A DNA stretch of 64,000 nucleotides from Candidatus Calditenuaceae archaeon (GTDB lineage Archaea > Thermoproteota > Nitrososphaeria_A > Caldarchaeales > Calditenuaceae), in NCBI GenBank assembly GCA_025058055.1, contig JANXEU010000018.1, forward strand, positions 1,281 through 65,280. Direction: 5' to 3'. The notes under the pieces are model-generated. The model was not told the origin of the DNA. It ran no database searches and was given only the letters and a program-made list of their open reading frames with translations. Positions 45,930-55,313 of this stretch are shown here, one piece after another. Both the position numbers and the translations under genes were made by a program. The stretch's first letter is position 1. Each line of letters starts with the position of its first letter.

Positions 45930-46279
45930 CGTCGAGCCAGGAGATCCTCAGCTAATAAATTATGTATTAAGCGAATTATGCACCTGAGAGGCTCAATTCC
46001 AGTAATTGGTTCATGAGAGGGGAAACGCTACACGAAGAGGGAATCGCGCTCGACTCGTAGAGTTCCCTTGAACACATGGGAAGTTAATGAAGGCCTCAAG
46101 TTTTTCACGACAGCTCAACAATCGCTGATCCATCATGTGGCTATCAAAGGACGACCGCTCGATCGTTGCGTGCGCCCTCAGCGAGACCCTCAGAAATCAG
46201 CGAAACGATGCGGTTAGTCTCCGACCATCGCCGATGCTCTCCTGAACCTCTCGATTCGCTCGATAGACGCGGGGCACAC

Positions 46280-48037
46280 GTGTACAACGTTAAGAGCTAC
46301 TCCGAAATTATCCGGTTGCGGGAGTTGGAGGTCATCGACTCGGACGTGGTTGTAGTGGGATCGGGGCTGGCTGGTTTGCGGGCTGCCATCGAGGCCGCTA
46401 GGACCGGTGGCGAAAGACTCAAGGTCTCTGTAGTAACCAAGACCCAACCAATGAGGTCTCACAGCGTGTCCGCCGAAGGTGGAACCGCCGCGGTCCTATA
46501 CCCAGAGGAGGGCGATTCCTTCGCTTCGCACGAGTGGGACACGGTCAAAGGTAGCGACTTCCTCGCGGACCAGGACGCGGTCGAGCTCTTCGTCAGAGAG
46601 GCACCCAAGGAGATCATCCAGCTTGAGCACTGGGGCATGCCCTGGGCGAGGAGGGAGGACGGGAGGATAGCGCAGAGGTTCTTCGGCGGTCAAAGTTATC
46701 CGAGGGCCTGCTTCGCGGAGGACAGAGTAGGCTTCTTCGAGATGAGCACGCTCTATAGCACTTGCTTGAAGCATGACAACATCACTTTCTACGACGAGTG
46801 GTTCGCGTTCTCGGTAGTCAAGGACAACGGACACTTCGCTGGCTTCATCGCACTCGACATCAAGCGAGGAGACGTCGCCCTCTTCAGAGCCAAAGCTGGC
46901 ATTATCGCGACGGGAGGCGCTGGGAGGCTCTATCCGTTTGCGAGCTTCGGACACAGCTCAACTCCTGATGGCATAGTGATGGCCTATCGAGCAGGCGTTC
47001 CATTGAAGGACATGGAGTTCGTTCAATTCCATCCTACAGGGCTCGTACCCAGCGGCATACTGATCACGGAGGCCTCGAGAGGGGAGGGCGGAGTACTCAG
47101 GAACTCCAAAGGTGAGAGGTTCATGGAAAGATACGCACCGAAGATGAAAGACCTTGCGCCGAGGGACATCGTCTCCAGGTCCATCTTGACCGAGATAAAG
47201 GAGGGCAGGGGCTTCAGGGACGAAGAGAGCGGTTACGAGTACGTGAACTTGGACCTGACCGTCATCGACCACGAGAAGCTGATAAAGCGGCTCACCAGCA
47301 TCAGGGAGATCTGTCTGAAGCTCAGAGGAATCGACCCGCTCAGCGAGCCTGTCCCAATTAGGCCGGTCGCTCACTATTACATGGGAGGTATAGACGTCGA
47401 CATAAACGGGGCGACGGCTCTGCCCGGTCTCTGGGCCGCGGGTGAGGCAGCTTGCGTCACGATGAACGGCGCAAACCGATTGGGCTCCAACTCAACTACC
47501 GAGTGTCTGGTGTGGGGTAAGATCACAGGGAGGGAGGCAGCGAAGTACGCTTTGGCTCATAGTGAGCCTGATCCGCCTGCGGAGTCGATTGTAGCAGAGG
47601 AGCGTAGGTTGTTCGACATCCTGATGGGCCCTGCACCGAGCGTGGACCCCTATCAGGTCAAGTCAGATCTCCAGAACATCATGGAGCAACACTTCCACGC
47701 CTTCAGGAACGAACAGTCTATGGAGGAAGGACTTCGTAAGCTAAGGAGGCTCAAGTCCGAGTTCAGGCTCGGAGTAGTCGATAAGAGCAGAACATACAAC
47801 ACCAATCTCGTCAACGTGCTTGAGGTGGAATCTATGCTTGAGGCTAGTGAAGTCATCGCAGCCGCGGCGCTAAAGAGGACCGAGAGCAGGGGGGCTCACT
47901 TCAGGACGGATTACCCGAGAAGGGACGACGACGCTTGGTTAAAGCACATTCTCGTGAGACGAACGGCTGATGGTTTCGAGTTCGATTACAAGCCCGTGAT
48001 CATTACGAAGTACATGCCCGCCGAAAGAGTCTACTGA
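46280..48037 (+). CDS. sdhA: Succinate dehydrogenase / fumarate reductase flavoprotein subunit
   Basis: VVVVGSGLAGLRAA, RSHSVSAEGG (covalent-FAD His), ESRGAHFRTDYPRRDD. The ORF track starts at TTG 46166; in-frame ATG 46208, GTG 46280 and TTG 46316 are all possible starts. Confidence 0.85.
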   Translation: MYNVKSYSEIIRLRELEVIDSDVVVVGSGLAGLRAAIEAARTGGERLKVSVVTKTQPMRSHSVSAEGGTAAVLYPEEGDSFASHEWDTVKGSDFLADQDAVELFVREAPKEIIQLEHWGMPWARREDGRIAQRFFGGQSYPRACFAEDRVGFFEMSTLYSTCLKHDNITFYDEWFAFSVVKDNGHFAGFIALDIKRGDVALFRAKAGIIATGGAGRLYPFASFGHSSTPDGIVMAYRAGVPLKDMEFVQFHPTGLVPSGILITEASRGEGGVLRNSKGERFMERYAPKMKDLAPRDIVSRSILTEIKEGRGFRDEESGYEYVNLDLTVIDHEKLIKRLTSIREICLKLRGIDPLSEPVPIRPVAHYYMGGIDVDINGATALPGLWAAGEAACVTMNGANRLGSNSTTECLVWGKITGREAAKYALAHSEPDPPAESIVAEERRLFDILMGPAPSVDPYQVKSDLQNIMEQHFHAFRNEQSMEEGLRKLRRLKSEFRLGVVDKSRTYNTNLVNVLEVESMLEASEVIAAAALKRTESRGAHFRTDYPRRDDDAWLKHILVRRTADGFEFDYKPVIITKYMPAERVY

Positions 48038-48052
48038 AGCAGCGGTACGTGA

Positions 48053-49162
48053 TCATCGTTTCTTCTTCCAAGCGACGGGAATGAATCTGCGATCCTCGCT
48101 GTATCCGGCTGGGGGCGATCCGACTATGGAGACCTTGTAACCGCAACTTGGGCACCTGTTGTCTTTCTCGAGCCTCCAATCAACGATGTCGAACCCGTAA
48201 CGCTCGACGACCATGGTTTCGCACCCGGGACAATAGGTGCTCTCGTAGGGGTGACCCGGGACGTTCCCGATGTAAACGTAGTTCATTCCCTCCTCTTTTG
48301 CGATCCTGTGGTGCCTCTCCAGCGTTTCGACCGGTGTCCAAGGCAGGTGCATCAGCTTGTAATCGGGGTGGAACCTAAGGAAGTGGATTGGAGTGTCCGG
48401 GCCTAGGTTGTTGTGAACCCACCTGACCAGTTTCCTAGCAGCGTCCAAGTCGTCGCCGATCTCAGGAACAACCAAGTCCGTGATCTCGACGTGGATCTTT
48501 GTCCTGTCGCGGATCTCGAGCAGCGTCTGGAAGATGGGTTCGGCGTCAGGCACACCAACGTATCTCCGAAGGAAGCTGACCTCTCCGTTGCCCTTGAAGT
48601 CCACGGTAGCGGCATCTAAGAACTCGTTCGCCATGCTCACCGACTCGGGCGTCCAGTACCCGTTCGTAACGAAGACGTTGATCAGCCCTCTTCTCTTGGC
48701 GATAACGCCTACGTCGTGGGCGAACTCCATGAAGATCGTCGGTTCGTTGTAGGTGTACGCTATGCCGTGTGACCGGTATCTTATCGCTGCCTCGACTACC
48801 TCCTCCGGTGTAACCTCTATGCCCTCAACTTTACGCCGCTGGCTGATATCGAAGTTCTGACAATAGGCGCAGAGCCAGTTGCAACCGGTGGTCGCGATGC
48901 TGAAGATCTTCGTGCCGGGCATGAAGTGTGTTACGGGCTTCTTCTCGATCGGATCCACGTGGCTCGCAATAACCCTACCGTACACGAAGAGGTAGAGTCT
49001 ACCTCCGACGACCCCCCGAATTCCGCAGAGCCCGATCTGCCCCTCTCCGATCTGACAGTACCTCGCACAAGCCGTGCACTTCACGCGGCCCGAGACGCCC
49101 TCGGTCCAGAGACTGGCAGGTGCTCCAGGTACCTCCTCGATCTTGATGGTTGCCACCGACAT
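48053..49162 (-). CDS. AmmeMemoRadiSam-system-type radical SAM enzyme
   Basis: [10 protein letters not shown] (CxxxCxxC), an N-terminal extra Cys cluster, C-terminal Zn ribbon CPGC..CPSCG. Confidence 0.75.
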   Translation of the reverse strand: MSVATIKIEEVPGAPASLWTEGVSGRVKCTACARYCQIGEGQIGLCGIRGVVGGRLYLFVYGRVIASHVDPIEKKPVTHFMPGTKIFSIATTGCNWLCAYCQNFDISQRRKVEGIEVTPEEVVEAAIRYRSHGIAYTYNEPTIFMEFAHDVGVIAKRRGLINVFVTNGYWTPESVSMANEFLDAATVDFKGNGEVSFLRRYVGVPDAEPIFQTLLEIRDRTKIHVEITDLVVPEIGDDLDAARKLVRWVHNNLGPDTPIHFLRFHPDYKLMHLPWTPVETLERHHRIAKEEGMNYVYIGNVPGHPYESTYCPGCETMVVERYGFDIVDWRLEKDNRCPSCGYKVSIVGSPPAGYSEDRRFIPVAWKKKR

Positions 49163-49196
49163 ACTGATCGCTTTAGCTGCTCATAGGTTTTGCCAA

Positions 49197-50336
49197 TCAA
49201 CCGGTTACGCTTTTGGGAGAGGTTGCGGATCGCAGGAAGTAGAGCGAGAGCAGCTGCATGATCAGCGCGTACCCTAACATAGCTCCTTGGCCGTAGCTCA
49301 GGTCTACCATCAGCCCGAAGACCAATCCCGAGACCGAATAACCCATGCCCACACCGAGTCCGAAAAGCCCATAAGCCGAGCCGAGGGGCCCCGATTGGGC
49401 GATCTGTGCGACTACTGCCCGGAAGATCGACTCGTGAGCTCCGATCACCACGCCTATAAGACCTGCGCAGAGGATTAAAGTGTAGACATCGTTCACGAGC
49501 AAAGCGGCGGGAACGACGCTCAAAAGCATCGTGAGGCCGAGAACCCGAACTCCGAACCTGTCGAGGGCCCGACCTAAGGGGATCGCTGCTAGCGCGTCAG
49601 TGATCATGGCGATCGAGTAAGTCAACGGGACTAGCCACTCGTCCCCCTCAGCCAATCCAGAGACCTTGTAGAGGACGATCGATAAAGGTAGTAGACCTGC
49701 AACGTTCAAGGTGGCCGCAAGCGTGTAGGTGAGCACACCACCACCTGATGCAGGAGAGCGCGGGTCAGGGCCCTTGTTGACCGTTACAGTCGGAAGCCTA
49801 GAGATCAGTACGAACAGAGCGGCGTAGGGCAAGACCGTATACACAACAGCGGCCCTCAGGTCTCCGTGAATAGCGGCTGCGCCTGCGATCATCAACGGAC
49901 CTGCCGTGGCGCCAAACTGGTCAAGGAATTCGTGCAGGCCGAACGCCGACCCCAGACCAACCTTTCCTCTCACGCTAGCGAGCATCGCATCCCTTGCAGG
50001 CACCCTCAGCCCTCTGGCCACCCTCTCGACGAAGACGATCGCCGCGAGCGCAGCCCAGTTGGGCGCAATGGCCATTATTGGGATCACGAAGAGCGAGCCA
50101 TACCCTACCCTGACCATCACGTCGTATCTACCCATTCGGTCCGCGATCGCACCGCCGATCGGCCTCGATATCCAACCGGCGAGCTCCGCGACACCCGTCA
50201 CGAGCCCGACCCCTGCGGCTGTCAGACCCATCTGCCTGAGGAGATCGGGTGCTATGGCCCTACCTCCCTCGTAAACGAAGTCGCCGAACATGCTGATCAG
50301 CCCGAGCAGAAGGATCGCTCTCAGCCCATGACTCAA
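49197..50336 (-). CDS. MFS transporter
   Basis: About 12 TM helices with a GAIADRMGR loop 2-3 motif. Confidence 0.8.
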   Translation of the reverse strand: MSHGLRAILLLGLISMFGDFVYEGGRAIAPDLLRQMGLTAAGVGLVTGVAELAGWISRPIGGAIADRMGRYDVMVRVGYGSLFVIPIMAIAPNWAALAAIVFVERVARGLRVPARDAMLASVRGKVGLGSAFGLHEFLDQFGATAGPLMIAGAAAIHGDLRAAVVYTVLPYAALFVLISRLPTVTVNKGPDPRSPASGGGVLTYTLAATLNVAGLLPLSIVLYKVSGLAEGDEWLVPLTYSIAMITDALAAIPLGRALDRFGVRVLGLTMLLSVVPAALLVNDVYTLILCAGLIGVVIGAHESIFRAVVAQIAQSGPLGSAYGLFGLGVGMGYSVSGLVFGLMVDLSYGQGAMLGYALIMQLLSLYFLRSATSPKSVTG

Positions 50337-50404
50337 TTCTCCCGAGAGCTAGCTCACACGATTAAATTCGTTCCAGAGGTTTTCCGACTCCGATCGCGCA
50401 ACTC

Positions 50405-50412
50405 ATTAATAC
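50405..50412 (+). promoter_or_regulatory. TATA-like box of the SRP RNA gene
   Basis: ATTAATAC ends 22 nt upstream of the predicted 5' GGGGCGG. Confidence 0.45.
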
Positions 50413-50433
50413 TCAGGGTCAGATCTCTCTAAA

Positions 50434-50762
50434 GGGGCGGTGGGCAGGGCTGGGGGGCTAGCCCTCCCCCTCTGACGGACCCGAAACGGGCTGTACGCGG
50501 GGGCCAGCAACCGTGCGGAAAGGCTGCCTCGAGGGAAAGGAGGAGGGTCGGAGAGGGATGAACGCGCGTCCTAGCGGAGCCGGGCAGGGTTTCACGCCCT
50601 TCGTAGGGAGGGCCTCTGAGACCCGCACGCGCCGAAACGTGTCAGGCCCGGGAGGGAGCAGCACTAAGGCGCGGCTCGTCTGCTGCTGGGAAGACGTGCG
50701 CGACTGAACCTCCCTCACTCCGTACCTGAGGGGTAGCCGATCCGTCCGGATCCACCGCCCCC
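50434..50762 (+). ncRNA. ffs: Signal recognition particle RNA (archaeal 7S RNA)
   Basis: GUCAGGCCCGGGAGGGAGCAGC (50641-50662) matches the universal helix-8 motif GUCAGGUCCGGAAGGAAGCAGC. The 5' GGGGCGGUGG pairs with the 3' CCACCGCCCC (50752-50761). Length is about 330 nt, very GC-rich, with no credible ORF. Confidence 0.85.
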
Positions 50763-52118
50763 TAACCTCATCGGAACCACGAGCTCTCCTCGTCTAGCTC
50801 CCTCGAGTACCTCACCTCCCTCTAAGACGATCTCACCCCTCACGACAGCGTAGACAGGCCACCCCTTCACTGTCAGCCCATCGAAAGGCGTCACCTTGCT
50901 TTTGCTGTGGAGCCCATCGGCCGAAATTCTTCTGACCAGTCGAATGTCAACGATAGTCATGTCGGCATCAGACCCGATATTCAACGACCCCTTCCTCGGA
51001 TAAAGACCCCATATGCGTGCTGGATTCTCCGACATCAACCTGACAACTTCGTTGAGCGAGATCTTGCCCTTGTTTACTTGGTCCAGCATCAGCGGAAGCA
51101 TCGTCTCGACTCCGGGAAAACCAGAGGCAGCCGACCAAACGTCCTCAACTATCTTCTCCTCGGGGAGGTGAGGTGCGTGATCGGAACCGATAGCGTCTAT
51201 TTTTCCGCCCTTGAGAGCGTCCCACAGCCGCTCTGAGTCTGCTCTTCTCCTGATGGGTGGGTTGACCTTCGCGACGTTGCCGAGCTTGGTCATGATCTCC
51301 TCTCCGTCCTGCAACAGGTAGTGAGGGCAGGTTTCGAGTGAGACCTCAACACCAAGCGACCTGAAGGACTCCACAAGCTCAACACATCGGTCCGAGGTCA
51401 CATGGAAGATGTGTATCCTCACACCTGTGAGCCATGCGGCGGTCAGGACCTTTGATACGGCAAACACCTCGGCCTCAACTGGCCTGCACTCCAGATGCGC
51501 TAGGGGGTCGCGACGACCGACTGCCTTAAGCGCCTCCCTAAGTGCTAGTATCATCTTACCGTCTTCCGCGTGAACGCCCACTCTCAGGCCGAGCTGAGAA
51601 CACCTTCGCATGGCCTCGATAACCTCCCAGTCCTCAGGGAACTCCGAGATACCTGTGGTCTCGGACATGTAGAGTTTCAGTCCAATCGAACCGCGCGCCA
51701 TTAGCTCTTCGAGCGATTTCGTGTCCTTCCTTTTGTAACCGCCGTAGAGGCCGAAGTCAACAAGAGACTTCTCGGAGGCCCTCTGCCGTTTCAGGTCGAA
51801 CGACGCACCGTCGACGGTCGGAGGCAACGTGTTGGGCATGTCGAGTACCGTGGTGACTCCTCCTGCAGCTGCCGCCATAGAGCCGGTTCTGAAGTCCTCT
51901 TTGTACTCCATGCCTGGTTCCCTGAAGTGCACGTGCTCGTCGATTATACCAGGTAGAACTATCAGCCCTGATGCGTTTATCTCCCTTTCCCCACGTGGCA
52001 CGGTCACCTCCGTTCCGATGGAGAATATCCTTCCGCTCTCGACGCCGATAGTAGCTCTAAAAACCTCTGTTGAAGTCACGACAGTAGCGTTCTTGATTAC
52101 TAGGTCGATCCTACTCAT
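50715..52118 (-). CDS. pyrC: Dihydroorotase
   Basis: IIDEHVHFREPG (HxH), amidohydrolase fold motifs. Start set at MSRIDLVIKNA (cat at 52116-52118), 1 nt after the pyrF-pyrE stop. Confidence 0.85.
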   Translation of the reverse strand: MSRIDLVIKNATVVTSTEVFRATIGVESGRIFSIGTEVTVPRGEREINASGLIVLPGIIDEHVHFREPGMEYKEDFRTGSMAAAAGGVTTVLDMPNTLPPTVDGASFDLKRQRASEKSLVDFGLYGGYKRKDTKSLEELMARGSIGLKLYMSETTGISEFPEDWEVIEAMRRCSQLGLRVGVHAEDGKMILALREALKAVGRRDPLAHLECRPVEAEVFAVSKVLTAAWLTGVRIHIFHVTSDRCVELVESFRSLGVEVSLETCPHYLLQDGEEIMTKLGNVAKVNPPIRRRADSERLWDALKGGKIDAIGSDHAPHLPEEKIVEDVWSAASGFPGVETMLPLMLDQVNKGKISLNEVVRLMSENPARIWGLYPRKGSLNIGSDADMTIVDIRLVRRISADGLHSKSKVTPFDGLTVKGWPVYAVVRGEIVLEGGEVLEGARRGELVVPMRLGGGGSGRIGYPSGTE

Positions 52119-52119
52119 G

Positions 52120-53442
52120 CTACGACGACCTTGCCTCCCTGATGATCTCCCAAAACTCATCGTCAACGTTGCAGAGCGCGTGAAGCCTCACACCCTCGGA
52201 CGCAAGCGCCTCCCTCGCGCCCTCGCCCCTGTCCATCACGACGAAGTACTCGGAGATCGTTCCCCCTGCCTCTCTCAAGGCTCTGACGCACTCTAAAGCC
52301 GTTCGGCCTGTAGTGGAGAGATCGTCTACACCAATGAACTTCTCTTCCCTCCCTACCATCCCCTCAATCTTCTTCCCGAGGCCGTGGTCCTTGGCGCCTG
52401 ACCTGTAATAGACCAGACCTACTCTGAGCCTATCGGCTACTAGGGACGCGATCGGTATGCCGGCAGTCGCGGTGGTTGCGACTTTGAAGTCTGAACCCTG
52501 AACTATCCTTCTCACGGCAGCGACCATCAAACGCACGACTTTATCTCTGGACTTTGGGAAGGAGTAGAGGGTCCTCGTGTCTATGTAGTAATGGGAGAGC
52601 TTCCCGCTAGACAGCCTGATCGGCTCCTTTGACTCTACAACCGCGCCCTGGCACTCGACCAGCGCTTCCGACACCGAGAATTTGGCCCGTAGCCTCTCAG
52701 ACTCGTCTCTGAGCTCCCTCGCCCTCGAGGGCGGAGACGGCGCGAGAAGTATCGACCTGCCGTAGTTGAAGAGGAGTCGTTCTCCGCCATATCGCGCCGC
52801 TACCCTGAGCTCGCCTCCCTGTGCCCCTAACCCGGGAAGAAGGATAACCGCGTCATCACCGGCTCTCCTCCTTATGGTCTTCAGAATGGAACCTTCGAGG
52901 TGAGGCCCTACGCCGACAACGAACCCCTCAGAGCCAGCCGTTACCGCGTCTTCGAGCAGCCTTTCGTAGAGCCTCATACCGTTTGAGAGGCCGGCCAGAT
53001 AGGTCCCAGAGGATGCGGGTGAGGAGGGCAGTATGAGCGCGAATGTCCACAACCCCCTCAAGGATGCCTCTCTAACCAAGGCCTCCGAGTTCCCGATTAT
53101 GGGGTTGAAGGTGAAGCCGTCGAAACCGAGCTCCGAGATCGTCAGCACGCCTCCGAACACGGTGTGCTCGACGTCGTTCATCTTGCAGTCTAGGAGGGTG
53201 ATGCACTCCCTGAACTTGGCTTCCTCGTTGAGGGACCTCACCTGTTCCGATGACATACCGCGTATGAAGTTCTCGTTGAGCTTCACAGCTACAACGTAAT
53301 CGGAGAGCTCCTCTATCGCCCTCTTGCAGTATTCGTACCTAGCACCGACAGTCCCCAAACGCTCAAGCGGAGGGTCCAAGCTCAGCGAGAGTGATGTCCC
53401 CTTCCTCTGAACTAGGTCGTCGTAAGCCATCTGGAGCCTCAT
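52120..53442 (-). CDS. pyrFE: Bifunctional OMP decarboxylase (N-terminal) / orotate phosphoribosyltransferase (C-terminal) fusion
   Basis: N-terminal half: AVKLNE, LLDCKMNDVEHT (DxKxxD), PGLGAQGG. C-terminal half: PRPP-binding FIGVDDLSTTGRT. Confidence 0.8.
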   Translation of the reverse strand: MRLQMAYDDLVQRKGTSLSLSLDPPLERLGTVGARYEYCKRAIEELSDYVVAVKLNENFIRGMSSEQVRSLNEEAKFRECITLLDCKMNDVEHTVFGGVLTISELGFDGFTFNPIIGNSEALVREASLRGLWTFALILPSSPASSGTYLAGLSNGMRLYERLLEDAVTAGSEGFVVGVGPHLEGSILKTIRRRAGDDAVILLPGLGAQGGELRVAARYGGERLLFNYGRSILLAPSPPSRARELRDESERLRAKFSVSEALVECQGAVVESKEPIRLSSGKLSHYYIDTRTLYSFPKSRDKVVRLMVAAVRRIVQGSDFKVATTATAGIPIASLVADRLRVGLVYYRSGAKDHGLGKKIEGMVGREEKFIGVDDLSTTGRTALECVRALREAGGTISEYFVVMDRGEGAREALASEGVRLHALCNVDDEFWEIIREARSS

Positions 53443-53534
53443 TCGGCCACATCAGGTTCGGCGTGACTTTAAGGCTTGACCCAACCGAAGAGGTGCACAA
53501 CCTATAATCTCGTACCCTGACATCCAAAAGGGCT

Positions 53535-54392
53535 ATGCGGAGAATCGCAAGAATAGGCAAAGTAGAGGTGGGAGAGGGTCATGCCGTCGCGATTTTAGGC
53601 ATCATCAACGTGAGCCCTGAGTCGTTTCACAAGGCGTCCGTGAGGACGGATCCGAGGGAGATCTCTGAGACCGCATCGAGAATGGTCGAGGAGGGAGTGG
53701 ACGTGATCGACATAGGTGGTGCATCCTCCGCACCATATTTAGACGCTGAAGTCCCTGAGGACACCGAAGCAGCTAGAGTCCGTGTGGCGATAAAGGCTGT
53801 GAGGGACGCAGTAGACGTTCCCGTATCCTTGGACACGTCCAGGGTGAAGCCTGCGTTGGAAGGCCTCAAACTTGGAGTCGATGCGATCAACGACGTTCGT
53901 GGGCTGGCCCACTTGAGTGAGGTGCTGAAAGAGATAGCTGACTCTGGTGTCTCGCTCATCCTCATGGCACGGGACGTCAGAGAGGGGGACGTAATCTCTG
54001 GCATCAAGTCACAGCTTAGGCAGATTATGAGCAGAGCACTCTCAGTCGGCATCGACGAGAAGCGCATCGTTCTAGATCCGGGAGTCGGCTTTCACAGAAA
54101 CCACTCTTCGGCGAAATGGTACCAACTCGATGTGGAGATCCTGAAGAGACTCGATGAGATGAGGGACTTGGGGAGGCCGCTGCTGGTCGGGGCCTCGATG
54201 AAGGGGTTCATAGGCAAGCTGACCGGGAGGCAGGTCACCGACGAGAGGGTCTTTGGATCGATAGCGTCTGAAGTGGTCGCCGTGATGAACGGGGCCGATT
54301 TAATTCGCACCCACAACGTCAGGTCGACTCTCGATGCGATCAGAATCGCTTCTGCCGTGATCGGAAGACCTGCGAAACCGCTCAGGGTTTGA
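53535..54392 (+). CDS. folP: Dihydropteroate synthase-family pterin-binding enzyme
   Basis: ILGIINVSPESF, DIGGASSAP, SLDT, DPGVGF motifs. Confidence 0.8.
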   Translation: MRRIARIGKVEVGEGHAVAILGIINVSPESFHKASVRTDPREISETASRMVEEGVDVIDIGGASSAPYLDAEVPEDTEAARVRVAIKAVRDAVDVPVSLDTSRVKPALEGLKLGVDAINDVRGLAHLSEVLKEIADSGVSLILMARDVREGDVISGIKSQLRQIMSRALSVGIDEKRIVLDPGVGFHRNHSSAKWYQLDVEILKRLDEMRDLGRPLLVGASMKGFIGKLTGRQVTDERVFGSIASEVVAVMNGADLIRTHNVRSTLDAIRIASAVIGRPAKPLRV

Positions 54393-55311
54393 CGCGGTCC
54401 ACGAGCAGAAGGACGAAGGTCGCGGCGTCCACAACGTCTGCGGACGAACCCGGGCGAATGTCCTTCTCTCTGAAGACGTTGTCCATCTGTTGAAGTAGCC
54501 TCCTCCCACGCTCGGTGAGGACACCACCCTCTCTGAGAGCACGCATCGCCAAGTGGCTCGCGTACCTTCCAAGATGCAGTCCGTTTCGTCTCACGATGTG
54601 TGAGTCAACTCTCTTGGCCATCACGGCAAGCAACCCGTTCACGATCGCGTCGTTTAGGTCTCCGTTCGCTCTTAGGACTCGCCTCATCTCCGTCAAGCAG
54701 ACGTCGAAGGTCAATGGGTAACCGATGATCAGCTCATCTGCTATCGAGTCTCTGCCCTTGTAGGAGCTAAGCGCGTCTAACAGCTTGATCCTCTTTCTCC
54801 TGACCTCGACGTACGTTCGGTCATCTGTGACGTCTAGATAGGGTACGACTCCAAGCCCTGCAGGCCTTGTGACTCTGATCGCTTGGAAGACGTTAAACGT
54901 GTCGCTCCAGCCCGCTGAGCTGATGACATTCCTGACTGAACGTCTCAACTTGGCTTCTCGTAGATCGTACTCGGAACCTAGGGACGCTCCTGCTGCCATG
55001 CAGAGCGGCATGAGCAGGAGTATCGCACCTAGATGGGCGTTGCCACCGGATTGAGCTGAAAGGGATGACCTGACCGCGTTCAGTATCAATTTCCCCAGCA
55101 CTCCAGGGCGTAGACCCCTCGAACCGAGCTCAGCACCTCGATAGAACCACCTGTACAGCGATGAGGCGCTCGCTTGCATGCGGACCGCGTTGAGTTCTCG
55201 TAGGTCTCTGCGACGGTCAACGAGTCCGGGTTTAGGAGTCGCGAGCAGCTCGACGAGCAGCGCAGAAGTCGCGCAAGATGCAATCAGATGAAATCGGTCC
55301 TCGGACTTCAA
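54382..55311 (-). CDS. CitG/MdcB-family protein (triphosphoribosyl-dephospho-CoA synthase-like)
   Basis: ALLVELLATPKPGLVDRR N-terminal signature of the CitG family, 309 aa. Its 3' end overlaps the folP 3' end by 11 nt. Confidence 0.65.
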   Translation of the reverse strand: MKSEDRFHLIASCATSALLVELLATPKPGLVDRRRDLRELNAVRMQASASSLYRWFYRGAELGSRGLRPGVLGKLILNAVRSSLSAQSGGNAHLGAILLLMPLCMAAGASLGSEYDLREAKLRRSVRNVISSAGWSDTFNVFQAIRVTRPAGLGVVPYLDVTDDRTYVEVRRKRIKLLDALSSYKGRDSIADELIIGYPLTFDVCLTEMRRVLRANGDLNDAIVNGLLAVMAKRVDSHIVRRNGLHLGRYASHLAMRALREGGVLTERGRRLLQQMDNVFREKDIRPGSSADVVDAATFVLLLVDRVKP

Positions 55312-55313
55312 GG

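Noticed and set aside
45978-46030. TPP-riboswitch-like string (GCACCUGAGAGG...CCAGUAAUUGG...GAGAGGGGAA) in the spacer next to the ThiW-like gene
   Set aside because: It is on the plus strand, whereas thiW is transcribed on the minus strand. It lacks the P2/P3 hairpin before CUGAGA and the ACCUGAUC element. The downstream plus-strand gene is sdhA, which has no thiamine link. A covariance-model scan (Rfam RF00059) would settle it.
46166-46279. N-terminal 38-codon extension of sdhA from TTG 46166
   Set aside because: The extension (RAPSARPSEISETMRLVSDHRRCSPEPLDSLDRRGAH) does not resemble flavoprotein N-termini, and the Rossmann GSGLAG motif would be unusually far from the start. It is kept only as a possibility.
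50458-50718. ORF-track entries 50458-50718(-) and 50513-50707(+) as protein genes
   Set aside because: Both lie entirely inside the SRP RNA gene. Their translations are Arg/Pro/Gly/Ser-rich low-complexity sequence, as expected from GC-rich structured RNA.
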